Part shown: in pieces, positions 44,654-55,768 of the stretch
Position numbering within the stretch: position 1 is the first letter of the stretch
Layout of the letters: the number at the start of each line of letters is the position of its first letter
Origin: an uncultured Spirochaetota bacterium
GTDB taxonomy: Bacteria > Spirochaetota > Brevinematia > Brevinematales > JAOACQ01
DNA: 64,000 nt
Direction: 5' to 3'
NCBI GenBank assembly: GCA_963783575.1
Contig: CAWAOD010000014.1
Location: forward strand, 192,001 to 256,000
The notes under the pieces: model-generated
Told to the model about the DNA's origin: nothing
Database searches by the model: none
Seen by the model: only the letters and a program-made list of their open reading frames with translations
Position numbers and translations under genes: made by a program

Positions 44654-45064
44654 TTAAATAAATAATATATATTTTTTCGCAAGAAAATTAATAACAAACA
44701 CAAACATTGTAGAAATTATTTTTGATTTTAAATAATAAATGTCGGCTTTTTCAGTTAAAAGCCAGATAAAAACTAAATTCAAGCCCAATGCGGCTGATTC
44801 TATCAAAGCAAAAACCGCAAGTTCGGAATAATAATTTTTAAACTTCCTCTTGCTAAAAACCCATTTAATGCTGAGAATATAAATTGTTATCAATCCTAAA
44901 AGATATGCAACGGCTACCGAAATTAGATAATGGATATGAAAAAATTCAGTAAGAATATATAAAAAAGAAAAATCAACAATAAAGGCCAATAATCCAGCCA
45001 TTATTGATCGAACTATCTGTATAATCCAATTATCCGGTTTTTTTTGAAGCAATTCTTTAAACAT
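44654..45064 (-). CDS. GtrA family membrane protein
   Basis: Four TM helices; WVF motif; NF..K end. Confidence 0.8.
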   Translation of the reverse strand: MFKELLQKKPDNWIIQIVRSIMAGLLAFIVDFSFLYILTEFFHIHYLISVAVAYLLGLITIYILSIKWVFSKRKFKNYYSELAVFALIESAALGLNLVFIWLLTEKADIYYLKSKIISTMFVFVINFLAKKYILFI

Positions 45065-45164
45065 AAAAAATGATTTTACTATCCTTATCCAGCTTATGAT
45101 TGACTATTATAATAACATCATTTTAAAGATTAGTAAAATATCGTATTGAAGAATAAGTTTCAAT

Positions 45165-46353
45165 TCATGGGGTTATCAATTTTGTGCCTTTACTTATTGG
45201 CAGGTATATTGTAAACTTACTCCCATTATCTTTTTCGCTTTCAACTTTAATGTCACCGCCATGCTCTTTTACTATTTTATAGACAATCGTTAATCCCAGT
45301 CCAGTTCCATATTCTTTTGTCGTATAATAAGGTTCAAATATTTTTTGTAATTTTTCATTTTCTATACCGATTCCACTGTCGATTATTGATATACCTATAG
45401 AATCGGTACCGATATCATAAAATGTTTTTATCTGTATTTTTTTAATGGTTTTTTTATTGTAATAAGGATAGTTCTTTGACTTAATAGCTTCTATGGCATT
45501 CTTTAGAAGATTCAATATTGCCTGCCTTAAATAATCTTTATCTATAAATATCTTTGGAATAGAGTCTCCATTCACAAATAAGATCAATAGAGTTTTCCTG
45601 AATCTCAGGCTTTATAAAAGCCAGTATTTCTTTAATGTATTCATTAATATCCTCAAAAGATAATTTGAGGTCTCTTTTCCTGGCGGCGGTTAAAAAATCA
45701 TTTACTATATCTATAAGTCTTTTTTGTTCGTCATCAATTATATGAATATAATTAATTACTTCTTCCGGTACTTCTATCATTTTCTTCTCAATCCCTTTTT
45801 TTATAATTTGTGTATGTAAATCTATTGCCGTTAATGGATTCTTAATCTCATGCGCTATTCCGGCGGCTAAATTATTCAATGCTGATATGGATTCCAGGTT
45901 CTTAAGCTGAAATTCCATCCTTTTATTATTTGTTATATCTTTTATTTTTATTATATAAAATTGTCCTTCGGTTGTAATCTTTTCGATAAAAAAATATTGA
46001 TTTCCATTATTTTTATTTATGAATTCCGTTTGATAATCTTCATCAAAAAGAGTTAAAATAATGAAATTCAGTAATTCTAAATTGAAAAAATGTTTCCAGG
46101 CATCTTCAATTGAAAGTGGGATTTTAGGATTTGAGGATTTAAGTACTCTTTGTGCTTCATTATTTAGAAAAACAATCTTATCTTTTTCAATAACAATAAG
46201 AGCATCATCAAGATTATCAAGAATTTGTTTGAATGTTCTTCTTTCATTTTCAACGGATTCAAGATATAATTTAATCTTGGACTCATCAAGCTGAGAAAGT
46301 TTTTCGATGAATTTCTCAAAAAATTTGTTTTTATTCATTGATATCCCTTTCAT
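45165..46353 (-). pseudogene. Two-component histidine kinase, frameshifted near 45572
   Basis: H-box AGIAHEIKNPL in 45538-46353; N/G boxes NLLKNA, DSGIG, GTGLGL in 45165-45587. Confidence 0.85.
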
Positions 46354-46434
46354 TTTGGAATATTATTTGCCGATAGACAAAATAATTATTCAGTATTATA
46401 ATATAATAATAAAAATTATGAAAGGGAATATATT

Positions 46435-47319
46435 ATGGCTTTAAAGCAGATACCAAAAGAAAAAAAGGACGCCTATAATTCCATTGTCAAAGATTTAAAA
46501 GAACAGCTTGAAATTGTCTTGAAAAAAGCTCAGAAATATGAGAGAGAGGGGCTGAGGGATTCACAACTGAACTCATTATATAAAAGAGTTGCTGCAAGTA
46601 ATATTTACCTGGATACAGTATTGCTTTACTGTAAAATGAATGAATACAGCCTGCAAATCATGGATATTAAAAATGATCTTTACCTGACAAATGCAAGAAA
46701 GAATATTTATCAATCAATAAAAATGATTGAATCGATTGTCGGTCATTTTGTAGACACATCATTAACTGATAATGCCGAAATTTTATTGAAACTTAATCTT
46801 TTAAGCCCTAAGAGAATTCTTCATCTGGCAAAAAAGATTGAATACAGTATCGCTTTGGTTGAATTATCCGAGGGTGAAAATTCTAAATGGAAGTGGAATT
46901 TTGTTGAAATGTACAGTAAATATGCGACATTGGTAAAAAATTTAATCAATTTCAAGGATTATGTAAACAAGATGTATGATCCAACCATTCCATATTATGA
47001 GGAGATCAATGAATTAATAAAGCTTGTCAAGCAGGCTATTGATTCAGCCGCACAGAAATACAGAACTAAGTACGAATTGAGCACAATGGATGTAGCGGAT
47101 ATGAATAAAGGAATCGAATTGTTAAATTTGTTAATTAGAATATTTATAATTTTTAATGAACAGCAATCTGCACAGGATACAAAAAAGACAGTTGAAAAAT
47201 GGAAGGATAAACTGGAATTGGATTTAAAGAAAAAAGAGGAAGAATTGAAGAAAACTCGTCAGGCTACTCAAAAAGCCGCAACAAGACCCGTCTTTTTCAG
47301 GCCAGCGCCTAAGAAATAA
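46435..47319 (+). CDS. Conserved hypothetical helical protein
   Basis: 294-aa ORF with RBS; YGE..KWKW.F-type motif recalled from spirochaete proteins (unverified). Confidence 0.6.
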   Translation: MALKQIPKEKKDAYNSIVKDLKEQLEIVLKKAQKYEREGLRDSQLNSLYKRVAASNIYLDTVLLYCKMNEYSLQIMDIKNDLYLTNARKNIYQSIKMIESIVGHFVDTSLTDNAEILLKLNLLSPKRILHLAKKIEYSIALVELSEGENSKWKWNFVEMYSKYATLVKNLINFKDYVNKMYDPTIPYYEEINELIKLVKQAIDSAAQKYRTKYELSTMDVADMNKGIELLNLLIRIFIIFNEQQSAQDTKKTVEKWKDKLELDLKKKEEELKKTRQATQKAATRPVFFRPAPKK

Positions 47320-47324
47320 CCTGT

Positions 47325-48185
47325 TTACATTCTTTCTTTGTAAATAAATTTATGTGCGTTTTTCTTAAATATACCTATTAAGTATCTTATTATAATAAGT
47401 AATATAATAAGCAATATCAAGAGTTTTTTATTGAAAATAAGTAATAATATTCCTAATATTGCAAAAACGGAATAAAAGACAATTGGAATATATTTATTTT
47501 TTTTTAATATTTTTTTTTTCAAAAACCCTATATTCTTGATATCCTGTTCTTTTAAAAGTTCTTTTTTGCTTTTTCCCTGGGAGCATTCTATTTTATAATA
47601 TAAATATTCATCATTATTAAAGCTAATTTTTATGATAAAACTTATCTTTTTTATACTAATAAGGATTGAATTATTAATATATTCAATACTTTCGATCTTA
47701 TCATTTATAATACTGCTTACGACAGTATTCAAAGAATTCAATAAGCTCTTTGTAAAACCGATTTTTATTACAAATAAAAGATAAAGAGTTATAAATAAAG
47801 ATAATTTATCATTATCGAGAACCAATCTTGCGGAATCCGTTTTACTTATAGAAAATAAGATTTCGAAATCATTTTTATAATCACCATTATCATTTAAATT
47901 TTCGACTATATATAATGTAAGATTATGTATACTATCATCAATAATAAAACCGATTGAATCATAAGGGAAAAAATATACAGAAGGCGTTATCTCTTTAAAC
48001 ATAATGCCTTCTTCATCCCAGGTTTCACTTGGAGCAAGTGTATTTCCGCCTTCATAGTTTTCAATAATATAATGCTTTAAATAAGGAGAGTCAACAAGAA
48101 ATTTCAATATATTCCATAGTGAAATCAAATTTTCGAATTCACATTCTGTTTTGCCGTTGTTTAAATAATTGATTTTTAAAGGCAT
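47325..48185 (-). CDS. Hypothetical membrane protein
   Basis: 286-aa ORF with C-terminal TM hairpin. Confidence 0.55.
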   Translation of the reverse strand: MPLKINYLNNGKTECEFENLISLWNILKFLVDSPYLKHYIIENYEGGNTLAPSETWDEEGIMFKEITPSVYFFPYDSIGFIIDDSIHNLTLYIVENLNDNGDYKNDFEILFSISKTDSARLVLDNDKLSLFITLYLLFVIKIGFTKSLLNSLNTVVSSIINDKIESIEYINNSILISIKKISFIIKISFNNDEYLYYKIECSQGKSKKELLKEQDIKNIGFLKKKILKKNKYIPIVFYSVFAILGILLLIFNKKLLILLIILLIIIRYLIGIFKKNAHKFIYKERM

Positions 48186-48397
48186 TTCATCCCCAAATTT
48201 ATTATATTTAATTACGAATATGATAAAATCTAATCACAATTTGTGCAAATTTTTATACTCATAACAACAGGAAAAGTTAGTTATTCCAGGTAAATAAATT
48301 ATTCACTTGTTCCAGGTCAAGATAAGTCTTAATTTGTAATTTTTGGTATTATCCTTTAAAATATATAGGATATAATTTATTGAGTGGAGGAAGTAAA

Positions 48398-51300
48398 ATG
48401 TCAAAATCAATGAAAACGATGGATGGAAATAACGCAGCGTCTTATGTGGCGTATGCTTTTACCGAAGTAGCGTCAATCTATCCCATCACACCGTCATCAA
48501 CCATGGCGGAATTTTGCGATGAATGGGCGGCTAATGGCAAGAAAAATATGTTCGGCGAAGTGCCTAGAATTGTTGAAATGCAATCTGAAGCCGGTGCTGC
48601 AGGAGCAGTTCATGGCTCTCTTCAGACAGGTGCTTTGACTACAACGTTCACAGCATCGCAGGGGTTGTTATTAATGATACCAAATATGTATAAAATCGCC
48701 GGGGAATTATTACCGGGTGTTTTTCATGTTAGCGCCAGAACTGTCGCTGCTCATGCATTATCAATTTTCGGAGATCATTCCGATGTTATGGCGACCAGGC
48801 AGACAGGTTTTGCACTGCTTGCCACAAGTTCCGTACAGGAAATACTGGATCTTTCTCCTGTGGCACATTTAGCGGCGATCAAATCAAGAATCCCGTTTCT
48901 GCATTTCTTCGACGGCTTCAGGACCTCGGCAGAAGTTCAAAAAGCAGAAGTTCTCGATACTGCTGATTTTACAAGTTTAGTAGACAAGGATGCATTGGAT
49001 GCATTCAGGAACCGTTCTCTGAATCCAGAAACTCCAGTAACCCGAGGAACGGCGCAGAATCCAGATGTTTTCTTTCAAGCGAGAGAAGCATGTAACAAAT
49101 TTTATGATGTTGTGCCTGATATTGTTGAAGAATATATGCAGAAAATGTCTAAATTAACAGGCAGGGAATATCATCCTTTTACATATTACGGCGCAAAAGA
49201 TGCGGAAAATATAATTATAGCTATGGGTTCAATATGCGACCTTTCTCATCCGGTTGTGGATTATCTTTTATCAAAGGGAGAAAAGGTAGGATTGATAACG
49301 GTTCATCTATACAGACCGTTTTCTGAAAAGTATCTTTTGAAGGTATTGCCAAAAACGGTTAAGAGAATCGCTGTTCTAGATAGGACAAAAGAGCCGGGCG
49401 CAGGCGGAGAACCGCTATACCTGGATGTAAAAAACATTTTTTATAATAAACCAGGCGCCCCACTGATAGTTGGAGGACGTTACGGTTTGAGCTCAAAGGA
49501 CACAACTCCCGAAGATGTTATAGCTGTTTATAAGAACCTCAAGTTAAAAGAGCCAAAGGATCATTTTACATTAACAATAGTGGATGATGTCACATTTACC
49601 TCTCTGCCTAAGGAATGCCAGTCGGATGGCTGTGTTGATGTATGTCCTGAAGGCACTTTTGAAGCGAAATTCTATGGATTCGGATCGGATGGAACAGTGG
49701 GGGCAAATAAAAACACAATAAAAATCATTGGGGACAGTACAGATTTTTATGTGCAGGCTTATTTTGCCTATGATTCTAAGAAATCAGGCGGTTTAACTGT
49801 ATCCAATCTTAGATTCGGGAAAAAACCTCTCAGGCTGCCATATTATGTAAACAATCCTGACTTTGTGGCATGCCATGCTCCGTCATACCTTGATAAATAC
49901 GATATGCTAAAGGGGCTGAAAAAAGGCGGGACTTTCCTGTTAAACAGTATCTGGGATGAAAATGAAGTTGTAAAACATCTTCCCGATCATATGAAGAAAT
50001 ATCTGGCCGAGAACAATATAAAGTTTTATATTATTGATGCGACAAAAATTGCAGAAGAGTTAGGGCTTGGCGGAAGGACAAACACTATCACTCAATCCTC
50101 ATTTTTTAAACTATCAGGCGTGATTCCTTACGAAAGCGCAATTAAGCAAATGAAAGACGCAATAAAAAAATCTTATGGTAAGAAAGGCGATAAAGTCGTT
50201 TCTATGAATAATGCTGCAGTCGATAAAGGTGGCGAAGTCATTGAAATTAAAGTGCCTTCGGATTGGAAGAATTTAAAAATTGAAAAGGAAAAATTTTCGG
50301 ATAAGCTCCCTGATATTATAAAAGACATTGTGATACCGGTTAACAGGATGAAAGGCGACGATCTTCCAGTCAGTGCATTTGTCGGAAGGGAAGACGGAAC
50401 GCTGCCGATGGGTACATCACAGTATGAAAAGAGAGGCATTGCAGTCAATGTACCTGAATGGGTGGATCAATACTGTATTCAATGCAACCAATGTTCTTTT
50501 GTATGCCCGCACGCCGTAATCAGACCTTTTTTAATTAATGATGAGGAAAAGAAAGCACTTCCGGCCGATATAAAAACACTTAAACCGATTGGGAAAGGAT
50601 TGGAGAATTTTCAGTACAGGCTTCAGGTTAGTGTCCTGGATTGTACTGGGTGTGGCAACTGCGCAGATGTCTGCCCGGGTAAGCAGGGAAATAAAGCCCT
50701 TGTTATGAAGCCTCTTGAATCACAGCTTGAAGAAGCAAAAAATTGGGATTTTATATCAAAGAATGTTACTTATAAAATAGAAGCCGCAGTTAATAAAAAT
50801 GCCGTAAAAGATACACAATTCCTTCAGCCGCTTTTTGAGTTTTCAGGTGCTTGCGGAGGCTGCGGTGAGACATCTTATATTAAAGTAATTACACAGCTTT
50901 TTGGTGAAAGGATGATGGTGGCAAATGCAACAGGCTGTTCGTCTATTTACGGGGGTTCTTTCCCGTCTACTCCATATTGTCTTAACAGTGACGGTAATGG
51001 ACCGGCCTGGGCAAACTCTTTGTTTGAGGATAATGCAGAATACGGCTTCGGTATGACTCTTGCGGATAAGACTATGAAAGAAAAAATAGAGCTTCTGATG
51101 AAAAAAGCAATTTCCGAGGGAGTTTCAGGAGAAATCAAAAACGCCTTTGAGGATTGGATGGCAAACCGTTTGAATGCCGAAAAATCAAAAACTACTTCGA
51201 AAAAGATTAAGGAATTGTTAAAAGGAAAACTGACTGATACCCTTGCAGAAATAGTCAAACTTGAAAAATACCTGGTAAAAAAATCCATATGGGTAATCGG

Positions 51301-51928
51301 CGGCGACGGCTGGGCTTATGATATAGGATATGGCGGATTGGATCATGTGCTTGCTTGTGGAGAGGATATAAATGTTCTTGTTCTTGATACGGAAGTATAT
51401 TCCAACACCGGCGGCCAGTCATCAAAGGCAACTCCTACAGCCGCTATTGCTAAGTTTGCAGCATCGGGAAAGAAAATTAGAAAGAAAGACCTGGGAATGA
51501 TGGCCATCAGTTATGGTTATGTATATGTAGCACAGGTGGCTATTGGTTCAAATAAGGTTCAATTCTTGAAAGCAATTAATGAAGCGGAAAGTTACCCTGG
51601 TCCTTCAATGATTATTGCCTATGCTCCCTGTATAAACCATGGGATATCCGCCGGTATGGGAAAAAGTCAGGAAGAGGAAAAACTCGCTGTTGATGCCGGG
51701 TACTGGCATTTATACAGATATAATCCTTTATTAATAAATGAAGGTAAAAACCCATTTATTCTGGACTCAAAAGAACCAACGGCAAACTTTAGGGAATTTT
51801 TACTTGGAGAAGTAAGGTATTCATCTTTGCTTAAGGCATTTCCGGATAAAGCTGAACAACTGCTGTCTGCTGCTGAACAGAATGCTAAAATCAGATATAA
51901 TAATTATAAGAGATTAGCAGGAATATAA
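48398..51928 (+). CDS. nifJ: Pyruvate:ferredoxin (flavodoxin) oxidoreductase
   Basis: YPITPSS, two CxxCxxCxxxCP motifs, GDGWAYDIG, YSNTGGQ; GGAGG RBS before ATG 48398. Confidence 0.97.
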   Translation: MSKSMKTMDGNNAASYVAYAFTEVASIYPITPSSTMAEFCDEWAANGKKNMFGEVPRIVEMQSEAGAAGAVHGSLQTGALTTTFTASQGLLLMIPNMYKIAGELLPGVFHVSARTVAAHALSIFGDHSDVMATRQTGFALLATSSVQEILDLSPVAHLAAIKSRIPFLHFFDGFRTSAEVQKAEVLDTADFTSLVDKDALDAFRNRSLNPETPVTRGTAQNPDVFFQAREACNKFYDVVPDIVEEYMQKMSKLTGREYHPFTYYGAKDAENIIIAMGSICDLSHPVVDYLLSKGEKVGLITVHLYRPFSEKYLLKVLPKTVKRIAVLDRTKEPGAGGEPLYLDVKNIFYNKPGAPLIVGGRYGLSSKDTTPEDVIAVYKNLKLKEPKDHFTLTIVDDVTFTSLPKECQSDGCVDVCPEGTFEAKFYGFGSDGTVGANKNTIKIIGDSTDFYVQAYFAYDSKKSGGLTVSNLRFGKKPLRLPYYVNNPDFVACHAPSYLDKYDMLKGLKKGGTFLLNSIWDENEVVKHLPDHMKKYLAENNIKFYIIDATKIAEELGLGGRTNTITQSSFFKLSGVIPYESAIKQMKDAIKKSYGKKGDKVVSMNNAAVDKGGEVIEIKVPSDWKNLKIEKEKFSDKLPDIIKDIVIPVNRMKGDDLPVSAFVGREDGTLPMGTSQYEKRGIAVNVPEWVDQYCIQCNQCSFVCPHAVIRPFLINDEEKKALPADIKTLKPIGKGLENFQYRLQVSVLDCTGCGNCADVCPGKQGNKALVMKPLESQLEEAKNWDFISKNVTYKIEAAVNKNAVKDTQFLQPLFEFSGACGGCGETSYIKVITQLFGERMMVANATGCSSIYGGSFPSTPYCLNSDGNGPAWANSLFEDNAEYGFGMTLADKTMKEKIELLMKKAISEGVSGEIKNAFEDWMANRLNAEKSKTTSKKIKELLKGKLTDTLAEIVKLEKYLVKKSIWVIGGDGWAYDIGYGGLDHVLACGEDINVLVLDTEVYSNTGGQSSKATPTAAIAKFAASGKKIRKKDLGMMAISYGYVYVAQVAIGSNKVQFLKAINEAESYPGPSMIIAYAPCINHGISAGMGKSQEEEKLAVDAGYWHLYRYNPLLINEGKNPFILDSKEPTANFREFLLGEVRYSSLLKAFPDKAEQLLSAAEQNAKIRYNNYKRLAGI

Positions 51929-51949
51929 ATAATTGGTTAGTAATTAATC

Positions 51950-52025
51950 GCGGCTGGCGCTTATCATTCTGCAATTTTAATAGCAATATGATGCAGTATA
52001 GTAAAGGGCCAGCCGCTTATTTATT
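51950..52025 (+). terminator. Long imperfect hairpin after nifJ, probable terminator
   Basis: gcggctggc...gccagccgc with inner ctgca/tgcag, followed by ttatttatt. Confidence 0.5.
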
Positions 52026-52193
52026 GAATTGATACTAATAATATATAATAATCATTATTGATTTATTAATAAAAAAATGTGAATTTAATATCATCTTATT
52101 TATGCCAGCATCTTTATTGATGCATTCATCTTGATATAATTATAATTCTATTTTAGAATAATTATATGTTTTAAACTGTTTAGAGGTCAGATA

Positions 52194-54821
52194 ATGAGAA
52201 TATTAACGGGTTATTTCTTAATAGCCCTGTCTGTAGTTCTCTTTCTTTCATTGATAAGTTTTAACCCGGCGGATTCTTCGTTGTTTGTATCCAATATCAG
52301 CGGAACTCCCGATAATATTGCCGGAAATATCGGTGTATGGCTTAGTTCGCCTGTAATTCTGCTTTATGGTAAATACGGAGGTTATTTATTGGATTTCGGA
52401 ATGCTCGTAATTGGTGTCAATATTATTATTAAAGCAAAAATAGGCAGGATATTGATAAAAACGACCCTTTTTTTTATCTCAACAATTTGCCTTTCGGTGA
52501 TTCTTTCGGGGATATTAAAAAATCCCACATTTAATGAAACTGGTCTTTTTGGAATATCAGTCTATAAATCATTGACTGAAATAATTAATCCATATGTTGT
52601 TTTAGTATTGTTTTCATTGATATTGATTTTATCATTGTCATCCACAATGAAGCTATTTCAGAAATTGACAATGCTTATGGCAAAAGCTTTCGGAGCGATT
52701 GTTTTAGCACCATTTGAGCTATTTGGCTTAATTGTTAATAAAAATGAATCTGTTTCTTTGGGCACTGCAGGTGTACAAAATTTACCTGAAGAATTCGAGG
52801 AGATTGAAAATATAAAACCTGCATTTTCTGAAACCGGTAATTTACATGATGATCAGTTTGAACAAGAGCGGAGACAATCTATCCAGGATAATCCGGTTCC
52901 TGATTTTTTGCAAACTGTATCTTCAAGGCAGACTGAAGATAGATCTGAAGATAAAATTAAAGAAGGTATAGGAAGGAATTTAAGTAATAAAGCTGTTGAA
53001 GGAGTTCCAGAATGGCTCAAGGATGAAAGAAGCAAACAGAATATTTTGGATCAGATAAAAAAACATTTTGATAAAGAAATTGAATTTAATAATAGTGTTC
53101 CAAATACTGATCAAATCCCGCATAATACAAATGAGGAGAAAAAAATAGAACCGGAATTGATTAATCCTATTGATAACCTTGATAAAACGAATTTTATATT
53201 ATCAGATAAAGAGAACATTACGGCAGCTGATCCCGATGAAGCGGCAGTGGAAGAAATAGTTGGGGAAGCAGATTATGCAGAAGAAGCGCTTCATAGAATT
53301 AAAACGGAGGATGAAGAAGAAATCTCGGGAGAACTTTTTCACGATGGGGCAGATTACAAATTTCCAGAAATGAATATCCTTGAACAAAGTTTTGATGAGT
53401 TTTCAAAAGCCGAAGAAAACCAGGAAACTGAAAAAGTATCTCAAATAATTGAAAATACATTTGCCAGTTTTAAAATAGATATTAAAGTGAGTGGACATTC
53501 AAGAGGCCCTGCGATAACAAGATATGAGATAATCCCTCCTTCAGGTTTAAAACTGAAGAATATTGTTAATTTAACAGATGATCTTGCTTTAAACCTTGGT
53601 ACCAGGAATATAAGGATTGTAGCTCCTATTGGAAATAAAAGCATAATCGGTGTTGAAGTTCCGAATAAGTTCAGAAGGAGCGTAGTCCTTAGGGATATTA
53701 TTGATAGCGAGGAATTTAAGAAAAATAAAGCCAGGCTGCCTTTAATACTTGGTAAGGATATTGCTGGTAATATTGTAATCGAAGATCTGACAGAAATGCC
53801 GCATTTACTTATAGCTGGAACCACAGGAAGCGGAAAGAGCGTTTATGTGAATTCACTCATAGGCGGTCTGGTTTACACAAAGTCTTCCAGCGAAGTCAGG
53901 TTTATCTTCATTGATCCAAAGATGGTTGAACTTGAACTTTATAACGGTATTCCGCATCTTCTTGCGCCTGTTATTACAAATCCTGAGGAGGCTATCGCTG
54001 TTCTCGAATGGGCATCGGCGGAAATGGACAGAAGATACAAAGAATTCAGCGAATACAGCGTCAGGAATATTGTTGACTATAATAAGGAGATCAAAAAAAT
54101 AAATCTTGCAAGGTCTAAGAATGAGGAAGCTTTATTTGATAATTTTCCATATATTGTTATAGTAATTGATGAATTTGCCAATTTAATGCTGCGACTTCCC
54201 AAGGAAACAGAAAAAATTATTTCCAGAATAGCTGCGATGGCCAGAGCTGTCGGGATACATCTTGTCGTTGCTACTCAAAGGCCAAGCGTGGATGTGGTTA
54301 CCGGTATCATCAAAGCGAATTTTCCTTCCAGAATTGCATTTAGGGTAAGTTCTCAAACCGATTCGCGTACCATTCTGGACAAAAACGGAGCTGAAAAATT
54401 ACTTGGAAGAGGCGATATGCTTTTTATGACGCCGAATTTTACCGATATGTTGAGAATTCAGTCTCCTTATGTTTCCAATATTGATGTTGAAAATATTGTT
54501 AAGGAGTTGAAAAGGAACGGCGCAGCTGAATATGAAATTGATGTTGAAACTTTGATGGTACCGCAGGCTGCCAGTAGTGAATCTGAATTCTCTGTTGATT
54601 ATAAACAGGATCCGGTTTTCGCTGATTCAATTAAAGCGGCTGTTGAAAACGGTGAAATATCAGCTTCGTATCTTCAAAGGCGCTTTCGAATAGGTTATAA
54701 CAGGGCTTCAAGAATAATTGAGGCAATGGATAGAATGAAGATTTTAGGACCTTCAACCGGAAACAGTAAGCCCAGAGAGGTTATTATCCGGCAGGAAGAT
54801 TTGGTTAATTATTTGAATTAG
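52194..54821 (+). CDS. ftsK: DNA translocase FtsK
   Basis: N-terminal TMs, PHLLIAGTTGSGKS, IDEFA, ATQRPSVDV, gamma domain LQRRFRIGYNRA; upstream TTGATA-17-TAGAAT (52131-52159). Confidence 0.96.
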   Translation: MRILTGYFLIALSVVLFLSLISFNPADSSLFVSNISGTPDNIAGNIGVWLSSPVILLYGKYGGYLLDFGMLVIGVNIIIKAKIGRILIKTTLFFISTICLSVILSGILKNPTFNETGLFGISVYKSLTEIINPYVVLVLFSLILILSLSSTMKLFQKLTMLMAKAFGAIVLAPFELFGLIVNKNESVSLGTAGVQNLPEEFEEIENIKPAFSETGNLHDDQFEQERRQSIQDNPVPDFLQTVSSRQTEDRSEDKIKEGIGRNLSNKAVEGVPEWLKDERSKQNILDQIKKHFDKEIEFNNSVPNTDQIPHNTNEEKKIEPELINPIDNLDKTNFILSDKENITAADPDEAAVEEIVGEADYAEEALHRIKTEDEEEISGELFHDGADYKFPEMNILEQSFDEFSKAEENQETEKVSQIIENTFASFKIDIKVSGHSRGPAITRYEIIPPSGLKLKNIVNLTDDLALNLGTRNIRIVAPIGNKSIIGVEVPNKFRRSVVLRDIIDSEEFKKNKARLPLILGKDIAGNIVIEDLTEMPHLLIAGTTGSGKSVYVNSLIGGLVYTKSSSEVRFIFIDPKMVELELYNGIPHLLAPVITNPEEAIAVLEWASAEMDRRYKEFSEYSVRNIVDYNKEIKKINLARSKNEEALFDNFPYIVIVIDEFANLMLRLPKETEKIISRIAAMARAVGIHLVVATQRPSVDVVTGIIKANFPSRIAFRVSSQTDSRTILDKNGAEKLLGRGDMLFMTPNFTDMLRIQSPYVSNIDVENIVKELKRNGAAEYEIDVETLMVPQAASSESEFSVDYKQDPVFADSIKAAVENGEISASYLQRRFRIGYNRASRIIEAMDRMKILGPSTGNSKPREVIIRQEDLVNYLN

Positions 54822-54830
54822 GAGGAATTC

Positions 54831-55502
54831 ATGAGATACAAAGTTATTTTTGGAATGATCTTTATTTTGATTATTGTTTGTCAGGCCGGTTTTGGCAAAA
54901 CTGCGGCACCGGTAAAGAAAAATGTCTCTACCGATGAAAAGGCGCTGCTGAAGGATTTTATAAATACTTATTATATCAGCACTAATGATAGTAAGGATTG
55001 GATTGTAAAAATCGAGAGCAATGTCATCGGCAAAGAAGAATTTGACAATGGTTTTCAGTATCTGTTGAGCCAGGTACCTGAAAATCAGAAAGCCACAGTG
55101 GATGAAAAAACAATGAAAAAGCAGTATCTAAACGGAGTTCTGATGCAGAATATTGTATTAATGCAGGCTATGGAGGATGATCTTTTCAGTTCAGATGACG
55201 CCAACATTGTGCTAAAATCTGCTCTGAGACAGACAATTTATCAAATTTATTTGAATAAGGCCCTTCCGAAAGACAAACAAAGATTTACACCTACCGATGA
55301 TGAAATCAATAAATATTATGAACAAAATAAAGAGCGGCTTCTTCAGATGGGTTTAAATGCCGATCAAATAAAACAATATGCATCACAGGAATTGTCACAG
55401 CAGAAAATACAGGTCTGGGTTCAGGAATATCTTGAAAAACTTAAAGAAAATTACCGTATAAAGCGCAATCAGGATGCAATGAAGAAAGAAGGTCTGGATT
55501 AA
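54831..55502 (+). CDS. Exported SurA/PrsA N-domain-like chaperone protein
   Basis: Signal peptide; PTDDEINKYYEQNK and YLEKLK patterns; no PPIase domain. Confidence 0.55.
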   Translation: MRYKVIFGMIFILIIVCQAGFGKTAAPVKKNVSTDEKALLKDFINTYYISTNDSKDWIVKIESNVIGKEEFDNGFQYLLSQVPENQKATVDEKTMKKQYLNGVLMQNIVLMQAMEDDLFSSDDANIVLKSALRQTIYQIYLNKALPKDKQRFTPTDDEINKYYEQNKERLLQMGLNADQIKQYASQELSQQKIQVWVQEYLEKLKENYRIKRNQDAMKKEGLD

Positions 55503-55503
55503 C

Positions 55504-55752
55504 AACAAGCGTACCCTGCGACATCGTGTCGCTTGCAGAACTAGCGTTCTGCACAGAAGTGTTCTCAAAGTAATGCTCTCATTACGCGTCAGTGCGCGTT
55601 GGTGAGCAGAGCCTGCACTGAGCTGGGTTTATGGTGAGCCTGCCGATAAGTGTCTAACCGTAGGGCAGGCTTCTTGACCCTTACAAGTTTGGCAGGTAGC
55701 AGATTGCCCTGCGCATGAAGAGGAACTAAAGGGTTACGATTGTCATGCTTTG
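55504..55752. repeat. Expanded REP-like multi-hairpin element, copy 2
   Basis: aacaagcgt at 55504; agggcaggcttcttgaccct at 55662-55681; several internal hairpins; GC-rich relative to flanks. Confidence 0.6.
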
Positions 55753-55768
55753 ATTGAGGGGAATGTAA

